From Opitutales bacterium (GTDB lineage: Bacteria; Verrucomicrobiota; Verrucomicrobiia; Opitutales; UBA2987): DNA of 64,000 bases. Of the stretch, positions 50,360-59,773 are shown piece after piece. Within the stretch, counting starts at the first letter, position 1, and each line of letters begins with the position of its first letter. The position numbers and the translations under genes are program-made. The notes below the pieces were generated by a model, which was not told the DNA's origin, did not search any database, and saw only the letters and a program-made list of their open reading frames with translations. The stretch spans positions 160,001 through 224,000 of the forward strand of contig CBDDEL010000013.1 of the NCBI GenBank assembly GCA_965226885.1. The letters run 5' to 3'.

Positions 50360-50760
50360 GTACACGTCAAACCTATCCATTGACGTTTTGTTGATTTTAT
50401 GGTAATGTGATCGCTTCACCTGCATTAACCTAACCTTCAGGTGTAACACTGAGATTTTATTAAACCGCTAATGAACACGAATGGACGCGAATGTTGATTG
50501 AACAATCGAGGCTTGGGCTTTTTTTGGGGGAATTATATTATCCCCTATTGATTCATAAGCCCAAGGATTACTTAAATGAATGATTCTAACCTATTTTATG
50601 GAGTGAGTGCCTTTGGAGGGCATTTTAAAACTTTTGGACGTGCAGGTGCAGGCAGGATGCCGGTGGCCGGGAGGACGAGAATACCGCTTGACCCAAGGCG
50701 CTTGTATCCGTTTCCTATTCATTTGCAGGCTGCGATTTATTATTGGAAGGATTGAATACT

Positions 50761-51714
50761 ATGGATGTTTTATTAGCACAACCGCGGGGATTTTGCGCTG
50801 GGGTAGTTCGGGCAATTGATATTGTCGAGACCACCCTGGATATTTATGGCCCGCCCGTTTACGTGTTGCATGAAATTGTGCATAACCAATGGGTGTTGAA
50901 GGATTTACAATCCAAGGGGGCGATTTTCGTTGAGGAGTTGGAGGAAGTTCCCAATGGGGCCAATATCATTTTCAGCGCCCATGGGGTGGCCCACAGCAGG
51001 GTGGAAAGAGCGAAGGAGAGGAATTTGCACATTATCGACGCCACCTGCCCTCTGGTCACAAAAGTGCATTTGCAGGTGGCCCGGCACTCGCGGGCCGCGC
51101 GGGAGGTAATCCTCATCGGCCATGCCGGGCATGTGGAAGTCAATGGCACCCTGGGGCAGTACAACAAGGAATTCGGCGGAGAAATTTACCTGGTGCAAAA
51201 TGTGGAAGATGTGGCCAATCTGGAGGTGCAAAACCCCGACGAGTTGGCCTTCGTTACCCAGACTACCCTATCGGTGGACGATACCATGCAAACCATCGAC
51301 GCCCTCAAGAGGCGCTTCCCGAAGATTGTCGGTCCCCGCAACAACGATATTTGCTATGCCACCCAGAACCGTCAAAACGCGGTCCGGCAATTCACCGGAA
51401 ATGTCGATTTGCTATTGGTGGTGGGGGCGCGCAACAGTTCCAACTCGAACCGCCTGAGAGAACTTGGCGAACACCAGGGTCTGGAAGCGCACCTGGTGCA
51501 GGATGCGGACGACCTCGACCCCGCCTGGTTCCATCCAAGCATTCGGGTAGGTCTTACGGCGGGGGCCTCCGCCCCGGAAGTACTGGTCCAAGGAGTGCTT
51601 GAAAAACTGCAGGAATTCGGTATTAAAAGCGTGGAAGAAATGGGTGCCGAACCGGAATCCGTGTCTTTTCCTTTGCCCAAGGAGTTGAAGGCCAGAGTGG
51701 TCGAAACAACTTGA
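50761..51714 (+). CDS. ispH: 4-hydroxy-3-methylbut-2-enyl diphosphate reductase
   Basis: [51 protein letters not shown]. Confidence 0.97.
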   Translation: MDVLLAQPRGFCAGVVRAIDIVETTLDIYGPPVYVLHEIVHNQWVLKDLQSKGAIFVEELEEVPNGANIIFSAHGVAHSRVERAKERNLHIIDATCPLVTKVHLQVARHSRAAREVILIGHAGHVEVNGTLGQYNKEFGGEIYLVQNVEDVANLEVQNPDELAFVTQTTLSVDDTMQTIDALKRRFPKIVGPRNNDICYATQNRQNAVRQFTGNVDLLLVVGARNSSNSNRLRELGEHQGLEAHLVQDADDLDPAWFHPSIRVGLTAGASAPEVLVQGVLEKLQEFGIKSVEEMGAEPESVSFPLPKELKARVVETT

Positions 51715-51748
51715 TAATCTAAGAGTAACCAGTAAGGACTAATAAATC

Positions 51749-52867
51749 ATGGCCATTCCTATACGCCAACAAGCCGCCGTCGGGCGCTATATCCTGGGTC
51801 AGAAATTGCGCGGGGTAAAACGCTACCCTCTGGTGCTTATGCTGGAGCCGCTTTTTCGCTGCAACCTGGCCTGCGCCGGTTGTGGGAAAATCGACTACCC
51901 GGATGAAATCCTCAACCAACGCATGAGCAAGGAGGATTGCCTTTCCGCCATCGACGAATGCGGGGCGCCCATCGTTTCCATCGCCGGGGGCGAACCCCTC
52001 GTGCACAAGGAAATGCCGGAAATCGTGGAGGGTTTCGTGAAAAAGAAGAAATACGTTTACCTCTGCACCAATGCCCTCCTTTTGCAGAGGAAAATGAAGG
52101 ATTACACGCCATCGATTTTTCTCACGTTTTCCATTCACCTCGACGGCAATGAGCTTCGCCACGACACCTCGGTCTGCCAGAAAGGGGTATTCGACAAAGC
52201 AGTGGAGGCGATCCGTATGGCTGTGGACAAAGGATTCCGGGTGAACGTCAACTGCACCCTGTTTCAGGGCGAAGATGCGGTAGAGGTGGCTGAGTTTTTC
52301 GATTACGCTACCAGCCTGGGGGTGGAAGGCATTACGGTATCTCCCGGTTTCAGCTATGACCACGCCCCGCAACAGGAAGTATTTCTGCAAAGAAGCGCCA
52401 GCAAGAGGCTCTTCCGCAGGATTTTCGAACGCGGCAAAAACAAAAAGTGGCCCCTCAACCACTCGACCCTTTATCTCGATTTTTTGGCCGGTAACCAGAC
52501 CTATCAATGCACGCCCTGGGGCAACCCCACGCGCAACCTCTTCGGCTGGCAACGGCCCTGTTATCTGCTCGTGGACGAAGGTTATGCCCCCACCTTCAAA
52601 AGCCTCATCGAGGAGACCGATTGGAGTAAATACGGAACCGGCAACAACCCCAAATGCGCCAATTGCATGGCCCACTGCGGTTACGAGGCCACGGCCGTCA
52701 ACGACACCTTCGCTCACCCCTTGAAAGCTTTTCAGAAATTTATCCAGGGCCCGGGAACGGATGGTCCCATGGCGCCGGAACTGCCCATCGCCTACGCGCA
52801 AGATAAATCTCCGGCCACCCCGGCGGGACTTCCGGTGGAAACGAGCGGCGCCGCTAAATCCACCTAG
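51749..52867 (+). CDS. hpnH: Adenosylhopane synthase (radical SAM)
   Basis: YPLVLMLEPLFRCNLACAGCGKI, CTPWGNPT, WQRPCYL, CANCMAHCGYE. Confidence 0.95.
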   Translation: MAIPIRQQAAVGRYILGQKLRGVKRYPLVLMLEPLFRCNLACAGCGKIDYPDEILNQRMSKEDCLSAIDECGAPIVSIAGGEPLVHKEMPEIVEGFVKKKKYVYLCTNALLLQRKMKDYTPSIFLTFSIHLDGNELRHDTSVCQKGVFDKAVEAIRMAVDKGFRVNVNCTLFQGEDAVEVAEFFDYATSLGVEGITVSPGFSYDHAPQQEVFLQRSASKRLFRRIFERGKNKKWPLNHSTLYLDFLAGNQTYQCTPWGNPTRNLFGWQRPCYLLVDEGYAPTFKSLIEETDWSKYGTGNNPKCANCMAHCGYEATAVNDTFAHPLKAFQKFIQGPGTDGPMAPELPIAYAQDKSPATPAGLPVETSGAAKST

Positions 52868-52883
52868 GCAGGGCAAGTCAAAG

Positions 52884-54020
52884 ATGATCGCCCAGACCTG
52901 GGATGTTCTTCTGACAACCCTCGCTGGGTTATCGGCGCTCATCTGGCTCATTATTGTGTTTCTGCCCTGGAAGCCGTGGCGGAACAGGGAAGTTTTAGAA
53001 GCGGATGCCTCCTCCCGTGCCATAGACCTGTCCGATTTAACCGTTCTCATCCCGGCCCGCAATGAAGAGGACGTCATCGAACGAACCGTCCGCTCGGTTC
53101 TACGGCAAGGCGGTGGGTTGCGGATACTTTTGGTCAATGACGATTCGACCGATCAAACGGCGCAATTGGCCCAAGCGGCGGGGGGCGTGTCATTGAGAGT
53201 AATTGCCGGCGCCCCTCTTCCTCCCGGCTGGTCGGGCAAATTATGGGCACTGGAACAAGGCTGGACCGAGATCGGCACGGAATACCTCATGCTGCTGGAT
53301 GCCGACATCGAACTACAGGAGGGAATCGTCTCCGCGTTGTTGAAAAAACTTACGGAACAAGAACGACCATTCGTTTCTCTAATGGCTATGCCCTCAATGG
53401 AGGGATGGTGGGAGAAACTTTTTATGCCCGCTTTTGTTTATTTCTTTAAATTGCTTTATCCATTCCATCTGTCCAATGCAGCCACCTCCAAAATGGCGGC
53501 GGCGGCCGGCGGATGCATTTTTATGAAAACCGCAATCCTCAAAACAATCGGGGGGTTTGAACCGATCAAGGATGCCCTTATCGACGACTGCGCCCTGGCT
53601 AAGCGAGTCAAGGAGGCCGGTTTTGCCACTTGGATTGGTTTGTCGCGGTCGGTTCGCAGCATTCGACCCTATGAAAACATTGGCCAAATTTGGAACATGG
53701 TGGCGCGGACTGCTTTCACTCAATTGCGCTATTCGGTAATTCTCTTGATGGGCTGCACATTGCTAATGGGGTTGGTGTTTGGGGTTCCCGCCTGGTTCCC
53801 TTTTCTGGGGCTTGGTTCAGCTGGGTATTTTGCCCTTTTCGCGTTTGCCGGGATGGTTGTCACCTATTTGCCCACTCTCTTATTCTACCACAGATCCCCG
53901 GTATGGGCTCTCTGCCTTCCCTTGACGGCGGCCCTTTTTCTGAGCATGACCTGGAATTCCGCTTTTCGCTACTGGAAAGGCGAGCGCTCCCGCTGGAAAA
54001 ATCGCACTTATTATAATTAG
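52884..54020 (+). CDS. hpnB: Hopanoid-associated GT2 glycosyltransferase
   Basis: IPARNE, LPPGWSGKLWAL, LLDADI, AAAAGGC, LIDDC, WNMVARTAFTQL; hpn context. Confidence 0.85.
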   Translation: MIAQTWDVLLTTLAGLSALIWLIIVFLPWKPWRNREVLEADASSRAIDLSDLTVLIPARNEEDVIERTVRSVLRQGGGLRILLVNDDSTDQTAQLAQAAGGVSLRVIAGAPLPPGWSGKLWALEQGWTEIGTEYLMLLDADIELQEGIVSALLKKLTEQERPFVSLMAMPSMEGWWEKLFMPAFVYFFKLLYPFHLSNAATSKMAAAAGGCIFMKTAILKTIGGFEPIKDALIDDCALAKRVKEAGFATWIGLSRSVRSIRPYENIGQIWNMVARTAFTQLRYSVILLMGCTLLMGLVFGVPAWFPFLGLGSAGYFALFAFAGMVVTYLPTLLFYHRSPVWALCLPLTAALFLSMTWNSAFRYWKGERSRWKNRTYYN

Positions 54021-54038
54021 AATTGAAGAAAACTCATC

Positions 54039-54707
54039 ATGGTTACTATTAAAAATAGAGCGACCGGCATAAAACCGGTTTGGAATTCCATAATCCTCCT
54101 TGCCATTCTGGCCAATACCCCGGTGGCATTCAGCGAGGAGGAGCCTCGGGCCATAGTCGAAAGGCTACAAAACGGCCTCATCGAATCCATGAAAGGTGGT
54201 GCCGAAATCGGATTTAGCGGTCGATACCAAATTCTCCAAACTATAGTTTTGGATACGCACCGGCTGAAATCGATAGCGCGTGTTGCCATCGGGCGCTATT
54301 GGAGAGATCTCAGCGAAGAAGAACAACATTCCTATTTGAAATTGTTTTCCCGTTTGAGCGTTTCCGGTTATGCCTCACGATTTTGGAAATTCCAGGGCGA
54401 ACATTTTGAAATTATTTCCGAGGAAACCCTGAAACGCGGGCAAATCGTCATAAAGTCTGACCTTTACCTGAAAGACGAAGAAACGATTCGGCTGAGTTAT
54501 ATTCTCAGCGAAGTCGGCGGAGACTGGAAAATCATCAATGTTATTGCCAAAGGGATCAGTGACCTGGCCATCAAACGGGCGGAATATACGAGCATCATGT
54601 CCAAGAACGGGTTCGATACATTGCTGGACAGAATTTCCAAAAATCTTGAGAAACTTGAAAAAAAACACATCGAAGATGAAACCGAGGCACAGAGCACGGC
54701 GCTTTGA
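54039..54707 (+). CDS. hpnM: HpnM/MlaC-family periplasmic lipid-binding protein
   Basis: Signal peptide; GRYW, WKIINV.A.GISDLA.KRAEY; hpn context. Confidence 0.75.
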   Translation: MVTIKNRATGIKPVWNSIILLAILANTPVAFSEEEPRAIVERLQNGLIESMKGGAEIGFSGRYQILQTIVLDTHRLKSIARVAIGRYWRDLSEEEQHSYLKLFSRLSVSGYASRFWKFQGEHFEIISEETLKRGQIVIKSDLYLKDEETIRLSYILSEVGGDWKIINVIAKGISDLAIKRAEYTSIMSKNGFDTLLDRISKNLEKLEKKHIEDETEAQSTAL

Positions 54708-54777
54708 TCCTCATTTCAGGTAATCTTTTTTTCTACTGAGTATCAATAGTTGCCGCCTATTTGATTAAATAAACGCA

Positions 54778-55590
54778 ATGATTATAAAACTACTCAGATT
54801 CGATTATAAATTTGAAAAACAGAATAGTTTTCAATCACGAATAATATCCATCGCCGTGGGGGGGCTGGTTCTAATATTTTCGGGCTGCGTCGGTCCCCGG
54901 CAGGGCGCCACACCGGGCGATCCGTTCGAGAAGTGGAACCGATCCTTTCATTCCCTCAATCACAAACTCGATACCGTCCTGCTCGAACCGGTGGCCGCAA
55001 CTTATGCTAAAACGGTCCCCGCTCCGGTGCAGAAAGGTGTGACTAATTTTTTTAACAATTTAGGTGAACTCAATGTCATCCTTAACGATTTGCTACAGGG
55101 AAAATTCGAAGACGGCCTGGACGATTTTGGCCGGTTCGCGGTAAACTCAACCATCGGGCTGGGAGGCATATTGGATGTGGCCACTCCCATGGGATTGCCC
55201 CGGCATGAAGAAGATTTCGGGCAGACTCTGGCCGTTTGGGGCTTTGGAGAAGGCGCCTACCTGGTCCTGCCTATTCTGGGACCCGGCACAATACGCGATG
55301 AGCCCGGCCGCTTCGTCTCCTCAGCCACTAATATTTTATTCTACATAAACGTAAAAGCGATCACCTTTCCCCTCGGTATCCTCGGCACGATTAACAAGCG
55401 GGCGAGTCTGATCGATGCCATCAAGGAAGTGGACGAGTCCGCCGTGGATCGATATATATTTGTCCGCGAAGCTTTCCTAGGTGATCGAAATTATCATATT
55501 TATGATGGCAACCCCCCGCTGGAGGATTTATTTGAAGACGAGTTCGATTTCGAATTCGAGGAGGAGATGGCGGAAGATGAATCGGAATAG
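54778..55590 (+). CDS. mlaA: VacJ/MlaA lipoprotein
   Basis: Lipobox FSGC; DPFEKWNR, NFFNNL, NSTIGLGG, EDFGQTL, YLVLPILGP. Confidence 0.93.
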   Translation: MIIKLLRFDYKFEKQNSFQSRIISIAVGGLVLIFSGCVGPRQGATPGDPFEKWNRSFHSLNHKLDTVLLEPVAATYAKTVPAPVQKGVTNFFNNLGELNVILNDLLQGKFEDGLDDFGRFAVNSTIGLGGILDVATPMGLPRHEEDFGQTLAVWGFGEGAYLVLPILGPGTIRDEPGRFVSSATNILFYINVKAITFPLGILGTINKRASLIDAIKEVDESAVDRYIFVREAFLGDRNYHIYDGNPPLEDLFEDEFDFEFEEEMAEDESE

Positions 55591-55712
55591 CGCTCCCTCA
55601 ACGGTTTCTCTGTTATAGTGCACATATGGATTGCGCCCAACCAGCCAACTATTTTAGGCCATGGACGGGCTTTTGATTGACCTATGAGGCCGCTCGGTTC
55701 TTTTTCTCCGGT

Positions 55713-56528
55713 ATGCGAATCAATCATTTACCGCAAAAAATTATTTATATCCCCCTTGTGGTTTCCTTGCTGTTGATGGGTCTTGCCTGCTCAAAAAAAG
55801 AAGAGTCGTCAACGGAAGGCAAAATGGAGGTGGCAACTCCCCCACCTCCATCTGAACCAAAAACTGAAGCTCCCGATAGGGCGGAGGCGGAACAAAAAGC
55901 GTTGCGGGCTCTCGGCTACCAATTCGGCCGGGAAGTCAGTTTGAACGTAGGATTAACGGAGGACCAAATGGTAGCCATCTTCGAGGGAATGCGCCGGCAG
56001 GCTGCCGGAAAGGCGCCCCCCGCCAATTTTGAGAAACAGTTGGCGGCTGCGAAAAAAATTATGCTGCCGAAAATCGAGGCTTATTCTAAAAATCAACAAA
56101 AGGAGGAGGGAGAAATGTCGATGCCCAATATCGAGGCTGGAAAGGCTTATATAGCCGAACTTGAGAAATCGGAAAATTTGAAAAAAACGGCCAGTGGACT
56201 CTATTACAAAATGGTCCGGGAAGGCGACGGCGACAACCCCGAGGCAACCGATACGGTCAAAGTCCACTACCATGGAACCCTTATCGACGGCACCGAGTTT
56301 GACAGCTCCTACAGTCGCAATAAGCCAGCCACCTTCCCCCTCAACCGTGTCATCGCGGGCTGGACCGAAGGCCTTCAATTGGTGCGGGAAGGAGGAGAGA
56401 TCATGCTCTACATTCCCTCCGATCTGGGCTACGGCAATCAGCCGCGGGGCGGGGTTATAAAGGCGGGCGACACTTTGGTTTTCCGAGTGGAACTTCTCGA
56501 AATCGTGACCCGAGGGGAAGGTTCCTGA
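55713..56528 (+). CDS. FKBP-type peptidyl-prolyl isomerase (lipoprotein)
   Basis: Lipobox GLAC; TASGLYY, VHYHGTLIDGTEFDSSY, VIAGWTEGLQL. Confidence 0.93.
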   Translation: MRINHLPQKIIYIPLVVSLLLMGLACSKKEESSTEGKMEVATPPPPSEPKTEAPDRAEAEQKALRALGYQFGREVSLNVGLTEDQMVAIFEGMRRQAAGKAPPANFEKQLAAAKKIMLPKIEAYSKNQQKEEGEMSMPNIEAGKAYIAELEKSENLKKTASGLYYKMVREGDGDNPEATDTVKVHYHGTLIDGTEFDSSYSRNKPATFPLNRVIAGWTEGLQLVREGGEIMLYIPSDLGYGNQPRGGVIKAGDTLVFRVELLEIVTRGEGS

Positions 56529-56592
56529 AAAATTGAGCTTCTAAACGGCGCAGCCTGACCTGCCATGGGCAAGTTATTCTCGCCAGTCATCA

Positions 56593-57465
56593 ATGCCATC
56601 AGGCGCAGTTGGAATTGTCACCCGCACAAAAGACCGCCCGCTAATGCTCGGACGGGCCCTGGAAAGCGTTCTCAATCAGACTTTTTCAGATTGGGCTTTG
56701 GTCGTGGTGAACGACGGGGGCGAACCCGAACCGGTAAATGAGGTCCTCGACCAATTTCGGAGCGCTCTGGCCGATCGTTGCCAACTGATTTCACTGGACG
56801 CGTCCGGCGGCATGGAAGCGGCCTCCAACAAGGCCATCGCCAACCTGCAATGCAAATACCTGATCATCCACGACGACGATGACAGTTGGGAGCCGGATTT
56901 TTTAAAAGCGACGGCCGGATTCATGGAGGCGCCACGCCCTCCCAAGACCAAAGGCGTAATGACCCACTCATTCCTGGTTGAAGAGAAGGTCGAAAACGGA
57001 AAAATCCGCATTCAAAAAAAATACCCGCACAACGACTGGATCCGCGACATCAACTTTTTCGAAATGCTAGCCGATAACTGCTTCCCCCCCATTTCCTTTC
57101 TATTCGAAAGGGAAGCCTATGGAAAAGTCGGACCTTTCAACGAGGAACTGCCGGTTCTGGGAGACTGGGAATTCAATGTCCGTTTTTTGCGGCATTTCGA
57201 TATCGGGGTGATTCCTCAAATTCTGGCCAACTACCACCACCGCCGAAATGACCGGCGATCCGCTTATGGCAACAGCGTCCACGCGCATAGGGACCGGCTG
57301 AAATATTACGACAACCAACTGCGCAACCAGTGGTTGCGGGAGGACTTCGATGCGGGCCGCTACGGGTTGGGCACGGCCGCCGGATTGGCCCGCTCCCAAT
57401 GGAAAATCCGCCGGTTGCTGAAGAAGAGCCAACGCAGTATCTGGAGCCGTCTGTTCAATATTTAG
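56593..57465 (+). CDS. Glycosyltransferase family 2
   Basis: TRTKDRP, VVNDGG, HDDDDSW, LGDWEF. Confidence 0.9.
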   Translation: MPSGAVGIVTRTKDRPLMLGRALESVLNQTFSDWALVVVNDGGEPEPVNEVLDQFRSALADRCQLISLDASGGMEAASNKAIANLQCKYLIIHDDDDSWEPDFLKATAGFMEAPRPPKTKGVMTHSFLVEEKVENGKIRIQKKYPHNDWIRDINFFEMLADNCFPPISFLFEREAYGKVGPFNEELPVLGDWEFNVRFLRHFDIGVIPQILANYHHRRNDRRSAYGNSVHAHRDRLKYYDNQLRNQWLREDFDAGRYGLGTAAGLARSQWKIRRLLKKSQRSIWSRLFNI

Positions 57466-57486
57466 CCCGACCCCGTTGGCCATTGG

Positions 57487-58704
57487 CTAAAAAAGCCGCC
57501 GCTCCCATCGATTGTGGGCCCAGATGGGCGTCATCGACTTCATTAAGGAAACGGATTTGCGGTACCTATCGGTTATAGGCAGGACTTTTGCTAAACCGCT
57601 TAAAAATTGATCGTAACGGCTTTCCAGGGAATCCATTTGCATTCCAGCCATCATTTTTTGTGATTTTTCAAAAAATTGCTCTTGTCTCTGGCTAGACCAA
57701 TCGTTGGCTGCGCAGAGGGTTTGCAACAAGCTCTCAATATTGCCCGGTCGATAAAGCAAGGTAGGGTCCATTCGTGCAAGAAAATCACGCCCCCCGTAAA
57801 AGTCGGGATAAAGAGGGACAACACCGCCAGCGAGCGCTTCCAGCAAGGCAATGGGGAGCCCTTCGTAATCGCTGAAAAATACCATGAACTTCCAGCGGTT
57901 GAGGATTTTCCAATAATCGTCGCCCTCTTTCCAGCCGTGAAAATGAACATTTTCCCTTTCCGCCAAAGCTTCCCGGAGCCAGTTTTCATCGGGGCCCGCG
58001 CCCAGAATTTCAAAAATAGCGCCAGGCAGTTTTTGATCCAGTATTTCGAGGAATGAGGGAATTCGGTCGATCCTTTTTTGTTTTTTAACCAAACGCCCTG
58101 CAAAACCGATTACCACCTTTTGGCGTAGTTGACAGCCCTGCCTGCCAATCCAGTCAGGAGCCTTTATTATGTGCGGGAAATAGGCCAAACGGGATTCGTC
58201 CCAATGGGGAAGGATTTGGCGAGTCATTGCCATCATCTCCTCGTTTACAAAAATGAAACCATCGGCGAAGCGGGCATAATAACGGATAAATTTTTCCACC
58301 CGAGGGTAGCTGGAATGGATAAAACCTATGCGAAATTCCGCCGGATCCAGGTCGGCCCATAAATCCAAACCCCAGCAATTATGATAGAGCGACGCTTCGG
58401 CGCCTAGGCGGGTGTGAACTTTATCCGCATACAAACGCCTTAACCCGCCAATAGTTTGATGGGGTGCCCCATCCAGGCATACCTGCCGGGCGGTGTCTTT
58501 TTCATCTCCCAGTAGAAACGAAACAAAAAAAGCTTGGCGGCCGGATTCCCGCAGGTGGGAGCGCATGACGGCCTCCATGCCGCCGCCGCAATGAAGCCGT
58601 TTGGCGTGGTGCAAAAACCGGACCGATTCTTTCAATTGGCCCATTTCATCCATTTGTATAATTTCCAAAAGCTGCCCGTCATAATGGGCCAAATTACCCA
58701 ACAT
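57487..58704 (-). CDS. Glycosyltransferase family 4 (GT-B); start codon uncertain
   Basis: GGGME, FAGRL...QKR, SDYEGLPIALLEALAGG. Confidence 0.85.
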   Translation of the reverse strand: MLGNLAHYDGQLLEIIQMDEMGQLKESVRFLHHAKRLHCGGGMEAVMRSHLRESGRQAFFVSFLLGDEKDTARQVCLDGAPHQTIGGLRRLYADKVHTRLGAEASLYHNCWGLDLWADLDPAEFRIGFIHSSYPRVEKFIRYYARFADGFIFVNEEMMAMTRQILPHWDESRLAYFPHIIKAPDWIGRQGCQLRQKVVIGFAGRLVKKQKRIDRIPSFLEILDQKLPGAIFEILGAGPDENWLREALAERENVHFHGWKEGDDYWKILNRWKFMVFFSDYEGLPIALLEALAGGVVPLYPDFYGGRDFLARMDPTLLYRPGNIESLLQTLCAANDWSSQRQEQFFEKSQKMMAGMQMDSLESRYDQFLSGLAKVLPITDRYRKSVSLMKSMTPIWAHNRWERRLF

Positions 58705-58802
58705 TCACAAGGGATAAATAGGGTCGGGGATCCCCCGAAAAAAAACCGGAAAATGGTATGGAAAAAATACCTCTAGATGTAGTGACGAAATGGAATTGGC
58801 GT

Positions 58803-59591
58803 TTATCTCTTTTCCGCCAGCAGGCTCACCAAATGGATGGTGAAGAGGGCGGCTTGGCGGGCGGCGATTTGGCCTAGTTTTCGGTAGTGGACTCCGGGGT
58901 CGGGTTGGGCCGAGTTGCTACCGCTGCGGATGATTAGATGAGGCACTTTCAGGTGATGGCAGACCTGGCCCACAGCGGAGCTTTCCATCTCCATGAGGTC
59001 ACATCCCAGTTTTTTTCGGATATCTTCAATTCGTTCAGTGGTAACGCCAAAAAAATCGCTCGAACAAACGGAACCTACCAGAACTTTTGGTCGATAGCTC
59101 TGGTCGCCCACTTTCACCTCGCCGGTAGTGTAGCTTTTGGCCGCTTTTTTAGCCAGCTTCAATAAACCCGGGTCGGCACTGAAAAAATAATGGGTCATGG
59201 AACCTTTGATCGGTCCCCGCACTTTTCGATAAACCACCCCGTCCTCGGTTAAACTTCCGGCGCAATGGTGGATGGATTTTTTTGCAATGATGACGTCTCC
59301 GGTGCGCAATTCCTGGTTTATGCGCGCACCCGATCCGGTGAAAATCAGTTCCTTGGGTTGGAACCGGGCGATGAAGAGGGCCGCGCACATGGCCGAATTG
59401 GTGATGCCCACCCCGGTCGTTGCCACCACCACGGGATGGCCGTGAAGCCGCCCTTGATGGCATGGAAATCCGTCCGAAAGGCCCGATTGGGTCATTTTCA
59501 TCAAAGCCTCAATGGGGACGGTTTCAGAAGGCATGGCCCCCAAAATCAAGGTTGGTTGGATCCGTTTTCGAGTTTTCGTTATTTTCCCCAT
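58803..59591 (-). CDS. MTA/SAH-nucleosidase (PNP_UDP) family protein
   Basis: ILGAMPSE, TGVG..N.A, IFTG, GDVII, EMESSAVGQVC, IRSGSN. Confidence 0.85.
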   Translation of the reverse strand: MGKITKTRKRIQPTLILGAMPSETVPIEALMKMTQSGLSDGFPCHQGRLHGHPVVVATTGVGITNSAMCAALFIARFQPKELIFTGSGARINQELRTGDVIIAKKSIHHCAGSLTEDGVVYRKVRGPIKGSMTHYFFSADPGLLKLAKKAAKSYTTGEVKVGDQSYRPKVLVGSVCSSDFFGVTTERIEDIRKKLGCDLMEMESSAVGQVCHHLKVPHLIIRSGSNSAQPDPGVHYRKLGQIAARQAALFTIHLVSLLAEKR

Positions 59592-59773
59592 ATTGGAATA
59601 AAAACTAACAGAACCTGACTTTCTGCGTCAAGAGACACATTCACGGGGTTTAATACGGCTGTGCCAATGGATGCGGCGAGGAATATAGTTATGGGCGGAG
59701 GCTTCCAACCATTCATGTAATCTTGTTGACCTTTCGGGTTCTGAAATAATTTTTAACAGCCTTCACCTACGGA

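Noticed and set aside
58803..59591. Calling the gene hpnG or mtnN
   Set aside because: Orientation opposite to the hpn genes and an Asp-to-Asn change make either symbol unsafe
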